From IMG/VR virus record IMGVR_UViG_3300025530_000011, positions 1 to 59,117 of that record: DNA of 59,117 nucleotides; one strand, given 5' to 3'. The position numbers were made by a program, and so were the translations under genes. The stretch is from a virus. Taxonomy: Duplodnaviria; Caudoviricetes. The notes beneath the pieces were generated by a model. It was not told the origin of the DNA and did no database searches. It worked only from the letters and a program-made list of their open reading frames with translations. Shown piece after piece: positions 21,350 through 33,454 of the stretch. The stretch's first letter is position 1. Each line of letters opens with the position of its first letter.

Positions 21350-22228
21350 GTGGGAAAGATTTTGTTAAAGGATTTGATTGAATTAGCAAGAACACAAACA
21401 GAATTCCATGAATTAATAAAAAATTCAAATACGCTTGCAGAAAAAGTTATATCTTCACAGCAAATTATTGAAAAAGCTTCTTTTTCTATTGGCAAGCAGG
21501 TAAACGATTTAATTCAAACAGTTTATAAAAATTTTGAATCGATTCGCCTACCGAAAATATCAATACCAAAAATAAATTTTGATTATGAGCGAATAGAAAA
21601 ATCTATAAATCAAAGTGCTGGTTTTGGATGGACATTAACGGCTAACACTCCTTTTAAACCTTATTTAGATTCATACAAACTTGAAAAAACTTTAGATAAA
21701 TACGATCAATATTTTTATGAACTATATTCTGCAAATTCTTATGCCTATTTCAAATCCGAAAAAGAGTATATTCTTGAAAATATAAACCATAAAAACAAAA
21801 AGTTATTAGAACAGTGTTTTGAAAATTTTGAGAAAGATAATTATGAAATAACTATTCCAGCTTTAATTAGTGCAATTGAAGGGCAAATTGCTGAACTACT
21901 TAGTAGTCCAAAATACGGATTTAGATTACTAAAAGAGTGGGAAAATAAGATACCAAATGAGGAGAAAAATCTTTCAATAATTATAGAGTATTCAATGGTT
22001 CAATTTCTAAAAAACTCTTTATTTACTTCAAATGACTTTAATTCTGAAAGATTGGAGATTCTTAATCGTAATTGGGTAATGCATGGAAGAGATAATCCTG
22101 AACTATGGAAGAAAACTGATGCTTTAAAGTTGTTCATAAACTTATCTACTTTATTATTTATTAATGAAAAAAATAGAATGGCACAGGATCAGAGAGTGGT
22201 TATCATCGGAGGGAAAAGTAATGAATGA
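21350..22228 (+). CDS. hypothetical protein with C-terminal HEPN-like Rx4H motif
   Basis: IPALISAIEG...LNRNWVMHG; all-helical character. Confidence 0.55.
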   Translation: MGKILLKDLIELARTQTEFHELIKNSNTLAEKVISSQQIIEKASFSIGKQVNDLIQTVYKNFESIRLPKISIPKINFDYERIEKSINQSAGFGWTLTANTPFKPYLDSYKLEKTLDKYDQYFYELYSANSYAYFKSEKEYILENINHKNKKLLEQCFENFEKDNYEITIPALISAIEGQIAELLSSPKYGFRLLKEWENKIPNEEKNLSIIIEYSMVQFLKNSLFTSNDFNSERLEILNRNWVMHGRDNPELWKKTDALKLFINLSTLLFINEKNRMAQDQRVVIIGGKSNE

Positions 22229-25200
22229 TGTTAAAGAATTTTTCAAACCTAGATTAGAAGAAATAATTAGAATGACAGATGTAGCTGAGAATAAGCTTAA
22301 AGGTTATTTACGTGAAACAAATGAAAAGCCGGATATTTCATTTGAATTGCTTAAAATTCTTAATCTAAGTGATGATTTAGTAGAGTTGTTTAATCCAAGT
22401 AAACAATCCGGAGAATATTTTGGATTGCCAAAAGACGTTGTTGGAGGAGCCAAATATCCTAAAAAAATTCTTGATAGTCGTGGTATAAATTTTACTTCTT
22501 GGTTTGCCGAAAAATCGCAGCATATTAAGAATGGAATAAAGAAAACTATTGAATATTGGGAAATGAACCCTAAAGAAATTAAGTTGGTTGAAGACGCCCC
22601 AATGACAGTAGAGGAGTATATAATTGAAGGTCTTGAATCAGGATTATATCAAATTAAGGCTTATGCTGAAACCATTCTTGATATGCTTTAAATCATAAAT
22701 AAGTGCTAATGGGGGATAATTATAATGACAATACCTTTAGAAGCTTGGGATGTTTTTCGAGATGAGATGAATCCCTATATAGAAAAGGCATTCAATAAAG
22801 AAATATCATTTGAAGAATTTTACGAAATATTTCAGCAAAAATTGAAACAATTACACGAAAAATATGATTATCAAAAAGTTTTAATTGGCTGGCTTGGTGG
22901 AGACTATGATCATTTAGGTTTTTATGATAATAAAAAAGATGCTGAACGTGGCCATCTTCCTAATGAAAGACTATATGATTTAATAGATGAAAAGTTTAAA
23001 GGAAGAAAAGTAAAAATTACGTTAGAAATTATTGAATAAAAAGATGAAAAGGAAATGTTTTTAAGATGGGACTATTAGTTGAGTTAGTATATTGTCTATG
23101 CGGAGAATTGATGAAAAAAGAAGAGATGATTAAGAATAGGCAAATTCCGGTTTGCTGGAAATGTCAATGTGATTCATTAGAAGATATGCAACGGAAAAAG
23201 AAACAAAAGAGGAAAAATGTTTGAATGAAGAATTTTTGTATTGAAGCATTAAAATTATTTTCAGTAGCGTTTGGTGGGTCTGCATTTATATGTATTTTAA
23301 TGGTTTCTTTATCAGATATAACACAGAAAATTGATCAGCGAAACAGATAAAATCTCGATTTCGTATCAACACCAACTGGCGAAGAGAAAGTGAATTTACT
23401 GGAAATTGTTGAATAAAATGTTTTAAAATAAAGAGAGAAACATGTATGAAAAAACAAAAACCTTGGGTAATTTGGAAAAATAAAGACGGAAGTGTTAATC
23501 GAATTCAATTTATAAACTATGAAGCAGCGAAAACATTCTGTGATAATCTGGAAGATTTTAAAATAAAAGAGATAAGCCAAGATGAATATGGAGTTGCTTG
23601 TGGGCTGTATAAGTTGCCATTGAATCCAAATTTGAACTTAGCTTGTTAAATACCATTTAGGAGCGATTTAAAATGGGTGTAAAAACAAAGTACGATAAGC
23701 ATGATCGTGTGTCTCATAATGTAGATAATGTATATGATATTGTTTTTGATAGATGTACACCAGTCATAAATGGTGTGCCACAAAATGAAGAACAATTATT
23801 AATGAGATATACGAAAAATGGGAAAACAGTGAATTATGCACCTGCATTTAATGAAATTGATATGATGAAAGCAATTGTTAAACTTTATAATAGCTCGGTG
23901 ATATCTAATGAAGCTAAAGAAATTCTAAGACAAGGTATTAAATAAATCACCAACGTTTTGCAGGAGGAACGAATGAAGTATAAATATTTATTATTTGGTT
24001 GTCATCATTATTACCCGTCTGGTGGAATGAGAGATTTACGATTGAGATTCAATAATATAGAAGAATTAAAAGAGAAGTTCAGTTATGATGGAGAAGATAT
24101 GTTTCAATTAGCTAATACAAATAATTTTAGTTATATTGAAATTAATGTTGATAATCTTAAAGAAGGAAAAAACGATATTTCCTTTGAAGAAATTCAAGAA
24201 TTGATTATTAAGCAAATTGAGGAACACACTATAATGGACATTTTATCAAAAATAAGGAGAGAGAGATAAATAATGAACTTGGTGAAAGAATGCTTATTAA
24301 TGATGAAGATGATGAATAATAAGGGATGGATATTAAATGATTATTCCAAAATGTGCATTTTGTAAAAAACGATTCAAAAAATCGGATTATGTAATGATTG
24401 TTGATGGAAATGTAAAAGAACCTGTCCATGAAGAATGCCATTATGATTATATATCTCACTTTCATTTAAATAGTACATACAGTTTTGATGAGTTTAAAGA
24501 AATATTAGAGGAAGAAGAGTGAATTAATCTAATAATCTGGAGGGTGTGTATGCACATTCAAAAATTAATCACTTTGACCAAAGAAGATATTGACAATGCG
24601 ATTGAAGAATATCTTTTAAAAGAAGAAATTTATGATATTGATAAAATAAATTATATAATAAACGATGATAAAGAGATATTGAGGGTAGAAGTAAAAGCTC
24701 ATTAAAAAGGAGATGTGTTTTATGTTAATTAATTTTAAATTTTGGTACAACAATGGAGAAGAGGAAGAGATTGTACGGGAAGTAGAGTATATTCCAGATC
24801 AGATACTCTACAAAGATATCTGGTGGCAAAAAGGCAATGCTTGCTATGATTTTGATTCAGGAAACTATACAAAAGTACATTATAAACAAATGACGTAGAT
24901 TTTTTGAAAAGAGCTGAGATGTAAAACGCCAATGTCAAAAACAGAAAAACAATTGTTTCTATATAAAAGTAAATGGGAAAAATTGAAGGAGACAATTAAT
25001 CAAGCTTATACAACAAGCATCTAACTGAAATGATAAAAACTGATTAAATAATAATAAAAGGGGGATGCACTTGGTATTAGTTAGAGCAGTTAAACTAGAA
25101 AATAACACAGTATTTTCTTTGCAAACAAACACAGAATTATTTTATCTTGAATTTGAAGATAATTTATTACATGAAGTTGAAGAAGATGGATTCGATGAGT

Positions 25201-25290
25201 TTGGTCAGACCAAATGGAAACGAAATGGGGTGGCATATACACCAGACCAAATAAACGAATTGACAAGTAGATAAAATGATTGTTTCATCG

Positions 25291-25319
25291 TAGACAAAAA
25301 TAAATTAAAATAATATAAT
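25291..25319 (+). promoter_or_regulatory. sigma-A promoter variant with the repeated motif
   Basis: TAGACA-AAAATAAATTAAAATAA-TATAAT (17-nt spacer). Confidence 0.8.
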
Positions 25320-26103
25320 ATATTAAAATCGGTTGATGAAGACGAAATTCCATTTTAGAAGTGAGATTATGACAAGTTTAGATGAAAAGATTAAAATATT
25401 AACTAATCGTTTTCCTTCAGTTACAAAATATAAATTGATAGAAGCGTCAGCTCTGGTAAGACCATTTGTTATTGATGATGATTTATACCTGTCTATTCAA
25501 GCAGTAATGATGAACATTACAAATGAATCGCCAATAAGTGTTATGAACTTCATATACAATGTAATAAACAAGATAGATATTAGCGATGGATTTGAAATCG
25601 CTATGTATCGAATTTACCACCAATACAAATCATTTAAAAATGAAGATGACGGAATTTTATATCTTGTCAAAACTTTTGGTGTATATGACTTTAGCAAAGG
25701 ATTAATCTTAATAGAGAATATTAATTTAATTGAAGAGTATAGATATAAGATCAAATAAAGTGCGGTGATAAAAATGAGTAAATACCGATTAGTTAAAAAA
25801 GATAAGTCAGAAAGAGATAAATTCATAGTGACGATTGTCGCAGATGCTAGCGATGGAGATTATGTTACAACGGTTAACAGGTATTCTTTAGAGGAATTTG
25901 AAAATCATATCGTTGACGCTTTAATTGATTTACAAGAGAATTATAGCGGACATCATATGTTGAAAAATTACTTCGGCGAACATCTTGACATTCCATGTTC
26001 AGACTTTGGAGTATGTCACACACTAGTATCTGTAAGTGTTGAGTATATAGGTAAAAATGGTGAGATTTGGGAAGTAGAATTATGCAAGTAGGGAGGGGAG
26101 CAT

Positions 26104-26391
26104 ATGGGGAAATACCGCAAAAGACCAGTAATTGTTGAAGCATTTAGATTCTATATAGATCCTATGCCAGATTGGTTTATGGATAAAGTAACATCTAATG
26201 ACGTTATTTTAAAAAATTGTGATTATAACAGATATGATATTGATGAAGCATATTGTGAGATAAAAACGTTAGAAGGAATTATGATTGGCAATGGCGGAGA
26301 CTACATAATCAAAGGAGTGCAAGGAGAAATCTATCCATGCAAGCCAGATATATTTGAACAAACATATGAGAAGATTGAAGATGAACATTAA
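26104..26391 (+). CDS. PGDYG-like phage protein
   Basis: KYRKRPVIVEA...KTLEG...GDYIIKGVQGEIYPCKPDIFEQTY. Confidence 0.75.
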   Translation: MGKYRKRPVIVEAFRFYIDPMPDWFMDKVTSNDVILKNCDYNRYDIDEAYCEIKTLEGIMIGNGGDYIIKGVQGEIYPCKPDIFEQTYEKIEDEH

Positions 26392-29300
26392 GAGGTGATT
26401 AAGGGTGTTAAAGAAAGGCGACGTAATCATCTTTGAAGATGGACACAGATGTATGGTTGTAGAAAACAAAGTAGAAAAAGCCAAATGGGAAAACGAAGAA
26501 TATAAGATGTGGGATGAAAGCAGGACACTTCTCGTAAATTTAGATACAGGAGATGTTGCATTACACTATCGTGACAGCATACCATATGAAAATGGTATGC
26601 CATATATTCCTATTTGGGGCGGTGTAGCGAAGATTGTTAGTTTCGATAATTTCTTACTTTTATAAAGAGGTGAAACATAATTAAAAAAACCGTTAAGAAC
26701 TTGAAGATTAGATTGCGTTGTGTTAAAGGTAATCATAACTTTGAATATGCAACATGGGGTAGTGCCTTTGTTGACAATTTAGATGGAACATTTAGTCTTT
26801 GTGAGATAGATATAAGAACTTGCAAAACATGTAAAAGACACGAAATGAATTTAAAAAATGGTTGGCAAGAAGCGAAAAAAGGATTAACCATAAACGATTT
26901 AAAGTAATAAATATAGATAAAAATCATCTTATAGGGGGCGAAAAAACATGAAAAATAAAGAAGAGATTTTAAATAAAATAAATGAATTAAAGGAAGAAAG
27001 AGAGCAATTAGAACTTCAATATCAAAACATATCTGACGGCAATGATCAAGACACATATGAACAGTTGTCATATATTGATATCGATATAGATGTACTCGAT
27101 CAGAAAATTAGGTTATTAGAGTGGGTTTTGAGCGAATAAGACTATTTCTAAATATTAATAAAAAGCTATTGTCTAGAGGTGTTGATATGAAGGTTATAAA
27201 AGAACATAAATTACATTTAATTTATACAATTGATGATAATTGGCAAGAAAAAGCAAATACAAAACTTCACATGAGGGCTAAAGGATATGAAGTACATGAT
27301 GAATACTTGTCTACAGTTGATGGACTAGAAAGAGTTGTAACTGTATTCTCAAAGGAAATTTGAATAAAAATTCTCTTTTATGCAAGGGGTGTGAAATATG
27401 GATGATATGCAAACTTTTAAAATGAAGAAAATCTCAAAAGCGATAAGTGAAATAGGAGCGTCAACTAAGTCTGGTGCAGAAATGTTTGCAGATGCAATTT
27501 ATCTACTTGCGTATAGAGTTAGAGAATATGACTCTCAATTAAAAGCCAATCAGAGAAACTTAGATAAATTAAGTAATAGATAAGATTTCAATTTTAAAAA
27601 GGAGATGTGAATTTGAGATATGAATAATTTAGTGATTGAAATTATCGAGGAGAATAAAAAAATAGAAACATCTGGATTTATAAACCATAAGGTGGTAACG
27701 CTACGCATTGATGTAAAAATTATATTGACGAATAGGCTAGACAATTATAAAGACTTTTCAAGCAATACTTATGGAGAATGCAAGAGAGTTAATGTATATG
27801 ATAAAAATAAGAAGTATTATTATAAAGATTGCATTCTGCTAACGCCAGACGGAGTAAACTTCATAGGTCATTGTAGAGAAGTGCGGCTTGATTAAGATAA
27901 ATAGAAATTCACTTTTATTAAGGAGCAAGCAATATGAAAAAAATATTCTCATTGGGAGGTAGAAATATGTTTAAAAGATTGTTATGTAAAATTGGGTGGC
28001 ATTCATGGACTTATAATTACATAGGTTCTGATGGAGTGAATATCAAGGCAGAGTGCAAATGGTGTAAGCACAAAGGTTTAATAGATAGTCAAGGAAATCT
28101 ATTTTAATAAAATTTCCCTTTGATTGTGACAGTTTAAATGAAATTAAATATGAATATGAGAAAGGAGAATAAAATGATGGGTAATAAAATAGTATTTGTT
28201 GGATTATATACAGGTGAAGGAGAACTAAGGATAAAATCTAAAGATTATGTAGAAGTATTGAAACTTGCAAAAGATATGTATGACGCAACAGGTATTGTAC
28301 ATGAAATTAAATTCATTAGAGAAAAAGATATAGAAAATATCTAATTTATCAGGGGGCAATAGTATGAGCGAATTCAAATATGAATATGGAAAATTATATA
28401 AACATAAAGAATGGGGAAGTTATTATTGGGTATTCTTTAATGGGAATGACTATATAAATTTTGATAGAAATAGCAGTTTTATTGAATGTTTAAATGGATT
28501 GGGTAGATTCGGCTGGAAATTATGTGTCAAATCTGATGACAATGAATACGTATTTTTAAAAGAAAAAATTGAATGAGATTTCTTTTAAAAAAGAAGAAGA
28601 TTTATTAGAGGAGCGATAATATGGAGACTTATGTTATCTTCACAAATAATAAAGGTCAATATTATTTAGAAACTGTATCATCGGCTGATATTGAGAAAAT
28701 TTCGTCAAGAATGGGATATTGAAAAAGAGATGGATAATAAAAATTGGGAAGAAGTGATGTTTGAGTTAAATAATCCATCTATAGAAGATGGTAAACAGTT
28801 GGCGGTATTTGAATATTGCTACGAATAGAATTCTGAGTAAATGAATAAAAGAAAAATATATTAATAAGAGGTGGTTAATTTGAAATTTAATAGCACAAAA
28901 GGAATGAGAGATTATTTTGAACAAAATAAAGATCAATCGGAATTGCACTTTGCAATAAATTATTTGTTAAAGAAATTAAACGATCCACATCAATTTATCG
29001 GTAAAAAGATTACAAACTTTTATTGTAATGGCTTTTTTGGCGATAGATATGATTTAGAAGGAAGCGTTATAACTGACGTAGGAGAAGATTATATAAATAT
29101 TAGGGATAAAGATGGACATGTAGATACTGCATATTTTGAAGAAGATTGGGAACGTAAAATAATGGTTGACTTATTAGAAGAATGGACGAAATTATCAGAA
29201 GAATGGTCAAAGAAAAGAGAGGAATAAAATCAGTCTTTTATAAAATGAGGTGATGATTTATTATGAACGATCAAAAATCAATTAAAGCTTTACAAGAAAA

Positions 29301-32122
29301 AGCAAAAGATATGTATACATATCCTCCAATAGCCAATCAAGACGATTTTTCTGAATTTATGGTGGTTACACTTTATGATTTAATTCCACACTTAGATGAA
29401 GATGGGTTAAAAAAATTAATAGATAGACTGGAAGTTGTATTAAAGTATAGATAAAAGTCGAATTTTATACAGGAGATGATTAAAAATGGATCAGGAAAAC
29501 AATTCAATTATAATGAAGACTGTTTTCAATGGTAAACTTAAAGTCCAAAATGTCCCTCATGTTTCTTATCCAAACGGGTATGGTTTTGATGGCGAAAAAG
29601 AGTATATACCAACTGATGTTTTATATAAGCTTTCGCAGATTTTTCAATATATGTTGGATAATAAAATATCTGAAATGGACTTTGAAAAGTGGTGACACAT
29701 ATATGGACGAAAATAAACAAAAAATAATTAAACTGATAGAGGGAATTTTATCGAAAGAAAAATACAAAAACTATTCCTTTAATGAAATTATTTGCATGTT
29801 ACAAAGTGGATTTACGGAGTGGAGCTATGTACATGATCCTGCGTTTATTTCAGATGAATATTTTATAAAATTCCTTGAAAAGTATAAAGATAGCTTATAA
29901 AGAGGTGGTGGCATATTGTTTGGATTTGGTTTTTATAGCAATGTTGTAAAAGGATTTTTACAACTAATTGGATTAATGTTTGTTTCATTTATTATTGGAT
30001 TTGTTTTAGGTGCATGGATTTTTTGATAAAAGAATGGTAATTGATACATAAATTAGGAGGGATATTCAAATGCATGGATATTGTGGAGACTGTGATGAAC
30101 AAATAGAGTTTTACGAAGGTAACATTGTTAAGATATATGACAGTTCAAAAAATGAAATATCAGTTTATTTAAAATGTCCTTATTGTGGAGAATCGGAATT
30201 AATGACGAAGGTTAACAAAAAAGGACTGATAGTATGAAATCAACAAAATATCAATTATTAAGAGATGAATATAATCACGCTCTTAAAGAAATAGAATTGA
30301 GAAATCAAATCATCAAAGATTTAAAAGAAAAATTAAACAAAATCCAATTTCTAAAATATTCGTTCTATGGAACAAAAGAAGAATTGTATAAAGAAATTGA
30401 CAGGATTATTAATGAATAAATCAAATAATCATGAGGTAAACAGAAAATGAAGTGTCCTATTTGTGATAAAGAACTTAAAACTGATCGGGATTATATGGAC
30501 AATATTTTGATGGAAGAAAGCGTAAAGTGTGCAGATGATTTTCATTTTTACAGTTATCAATATATGACAGGGAATACAGAAGAGGTTATTGGCAATGTAG
30601 CTTTTTATAGTCATTATGCAGATTCAAAGGAAATTCGTGATTTACAAAGCAAACAATATAGGGCGGTCTTAGAATTAGAAAGAGAATATTATCAAAAGAA
30701 AATTAATATTAAAGGTGAAGATAATGAAAGATTCAAAAAAAATATCTAAAATCTTAAAGCTGATAAAGATTATTTGGGAAGCACGCCCGGACGAACGTTT
30801 TCATCAATTAATCAATAATTTACAACATGAATACATAAAAGATACTGGTGAAACCGGGTGGCTTGTGAAAAATCAAATTGTTAAAGTTTATAATCATGCT
30901 GCCTATTTAGAAGAAGTGACTTATATTGATATGTTTCACTTGGAAGATGAAAAATTTTTGGAATGGTTGAAAATGAAAATTAAAGAATTATAATACAGAG
31001 GGTGACACGATGGATCAATTCTTATATCACTTAGCAGAGATGAAATATAGGATGTGGCATGAATTGTATGTATTTGCTCCAAGAATTGCAGATGAAGAGT
31101 ATTTAGAGATAATTAAAGCTCAATCCAAATATAAATTATTATTAGAAATTATTGATTTGCTTCCTGAAGAACAGGCAAAAACATTTCGTGCAATAGAACA
31201 AGAATTCTTTTCTGATTCTCCATAGTTAAAAAATAATTAAAATAAAAGAGTTATCTTAATTAAAAAATAATGGAGGAAATAATCATGGACAATGAATTAT
31301 ATTTAATACTAACACTAAGACATAGAGATATGTTTTTTGGTGGAGATGTGCATTTATTTTGGTGTAAAAATGGAGCTGGATACACAGCGATACTACAAAA
31401 AGCAGGTCTTTATACAAAAGAAGACGTTGAGATAATGTGTCGTGAAAATGATATACCGATTCCTATCTCTTATACTGGTTATGATAAAGATTTTTTTGAG
31501 GACAATGAAAGAATAATCAAGTTTCCCACTTTAATGGCTAAAACAAAAGAAGTAGATAATTTGATTGCAGATTGGCAAAACGAGTACAGAAGGAAGCGTA
31601 GTCAAAGATAAAACTTTTCTTTTATCTAAGAAAGTTGAGGTGATTGATTTGTTAAATTTTTCAATGTATATATGGTTTTTCTTATATATATTTTTATCAA
31701 TTTTTGTTCTTTATCAAAGATACAAAGGTATTGATATGACTTGGAGAGAATTTGGTTTCTTTATAGCTGGTGTTTTATTTGGCGGAATACCATATTTTTG
31801 GGTTGTTTATCATAGTTTGTAAATAAGGAGTGGAAATATGAGAGAAAAATCAAAAGCAATAGATGTAAGTAATCGAGTTGGTCTTAGTTTTTCTAAAGGA
31901 TTTGCGAAAGCTAATTATAATTATGAAAAATACTTACAAAACCAAATTGAACGAGCCATAGAAGACTGGAATGAACTCAAAGAATGGATCAATAGTATGT
32001 TGGATGAAACTGGTAATGATAAAACAAATAAGGATATATATGAAAAGATTAAACAAAAGATGGAGGATATTGAAAATCGATAAAAATTTTATGAGTGATC
32101 AAAGCTTACAGGAGTTGATAAA

Positions 32123-32704
32123 ATGACTTGCGTTGTAGGATTGACACATAACGGAATCACTTATATTGGAGCAGACTCTTTGGCATCGAATTCATATTAT
32201 AAAACTATTAGGAAAGACAAAAAAGTATTTAAATTAAAAGATACAAACAATGCGATTTTAGGTTTTACATCATCTTATAGAATGGGTCAATTACTGATGT
32301 ATGCAAATGGTTTGATTGATCCTAAAGACGAACCGGACATTGATCATGAATATTTGGTTACAAAATTTATCCCTAATGTGATTAGTTTGTTTGAAAATGG
32401 TGGATTTGGAAAGAATAATGGTGGAGAAAAATCAGGAGGTATTTTTTTATTGGGCTACAAAGATAGATTATTTAAAATACAATCTGATTATCAAGTCTCC
32501 GAGTCTTATAAAAATTATGATGCTTGTGGCTCCGGTGAAGAATTTGCTTTAGGATCGTTACACACTACAGAAGGTTTAGGAATGAATCCAGTGGAAAGAA
32601 TACATATGGCTTTGCAGGCAGCAAGTGAGTTTAGTGTAAGTGTTCAACCACCATTTTATATAATGAATACTTATAATGATAAGGTGGTGAAACTGGAAAA
32701 ATAA
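32123..32704 (+). CDS. HslV/proteasome-beta-like Ntn peptidase
   Basis: N-terminal MTCVVG (Thr nucleophile), GADS, KKVF, ACGSG. Confidence 0.75.
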   Translation: MTCVVGLTHNGITYIGADSLASNSYYKTIRKDKKVFKLKDTNNAILGFTSSYRMGQLLMYANGLIDPKDEPDIDHEYLVTKFIPNVISLFENGGFGKNNGGEKSGGIFLLGYKDRLFKIQSDYQVSESYKNYDACGSGEEFALGSLHTTEGLGMNPVERIHMALQAASEFSVSVQPPFYIMNTYNDKVVKLEK

Positions 32705-32724
32705 AAAAATATAATAAAATATTG

Positions 32725-32753
32725 TTTACAAACAATTAAAAATAAATTATAAT
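32725..32753 (+). promoter_or_regulatory. sigma-A promoter for tracrRNA-CRISPR-cas12f transcript
   Basis: TTTACA-17-TATAAT, overlapping a copy of the phage repeated motif. Confidence 0.75.
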
Positions 32754-32794
32754 AATATTAGATTTTGAAAGAGAGGTGAAACGAAATAAAATTT

Positions 32795-33030
32795 CAAGGG
32801 GAGGCTTAGATCGGTGAATCCGAGTCCTACGTGCGAATCGCATATGGATGCCCCATAACCTGAGATAGTCAGCGATGAAATTGTTGATACATAAGGATTT
32901 ACGTAAGGTGCGAATCTATAAAAAATACGCTGATGAAACTCGGTCAAGGTATTTTCCGAAAGGAAAAGTCCTAACTAATGTTAGGTGAAAAACTCGATCA
33001 CAAAGCCCGATCGAGCCACTTACAACTGAA
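32795..33030 (+). ncRNA. putative Cas12f1 tracrRNA
   Basis: Structured non-coding tract (GGGG/CCCC, CAGCG/CGCTG, TTTTCC-GAAA-GGAAAA, CTCGATC/GATCGAG stems). Anti-repeat CCACTTACA (33016-33024) is complementary to repeat TGTAAGTGG. Confidence 0.78.
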
Positions 33031-33036
33031 TACGGA

Positions 33037-33434
33037 GTTGCAATACGTATGCGTATGTAAGTGGTAAGCTAGTTGGGGTAATTGGACACCTATTGCTAAC
33101 TTGTTGCAATACGTATGCGTATGTAAGTGGTAAGAGCTTTAATTAAACCATTAATCCAAAAATAGGGGGTTGCAATACGTATGCGTATGTAAGTGGTAAG
33201 AATCTGTTAGTAATCAGCAACGTGTTTTAGATGTAGTTGCAATACGTATGCGTATGTAAGTGGTAAATACGCTTTGGCGGTTGATGAATTAAGACGCAAA
33301 GTTGTAATAATGTGTATGTATAAGTGGTAAAAAATTTAAGAAAATTAAGGCATTGACACTGATGTTGTAATACATATATACATGTAAGTGGTAAATGATG
33401 AATATACGAAAGATGATCAAGAAGCGTTGCAATA
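33037..33434 (+). CRISPR. CRISPR array: 32-nt repeat GTTGCAATACGTATGCGTATGTAAGTGGTAAG, 6 repeats + partial seventh, 6 spacers
   Basis: Repeats at 33037, 33103, 33169 (identical), 33236 (1 change), 33301 and 33364 (degenerate), 33426 (9-nt remnant). Spacers of 34, 34, 35, 33, 32 and 30 nt, all different. Confidence 0.95.
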
Positions 33435-33454
33435 ATAAAAGGAGAGTAGTATAA

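Larger units (their letters stand above)
22221..32083 (+). other. array of about 35 short co-oriented hypothetical ORFs (accessory region)
   Basis: Dense 40-160 aa ORFs, most with clear RBS; many boundaries carry ATAAAA-N6-TTTTAT. Confidence 0.75.
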
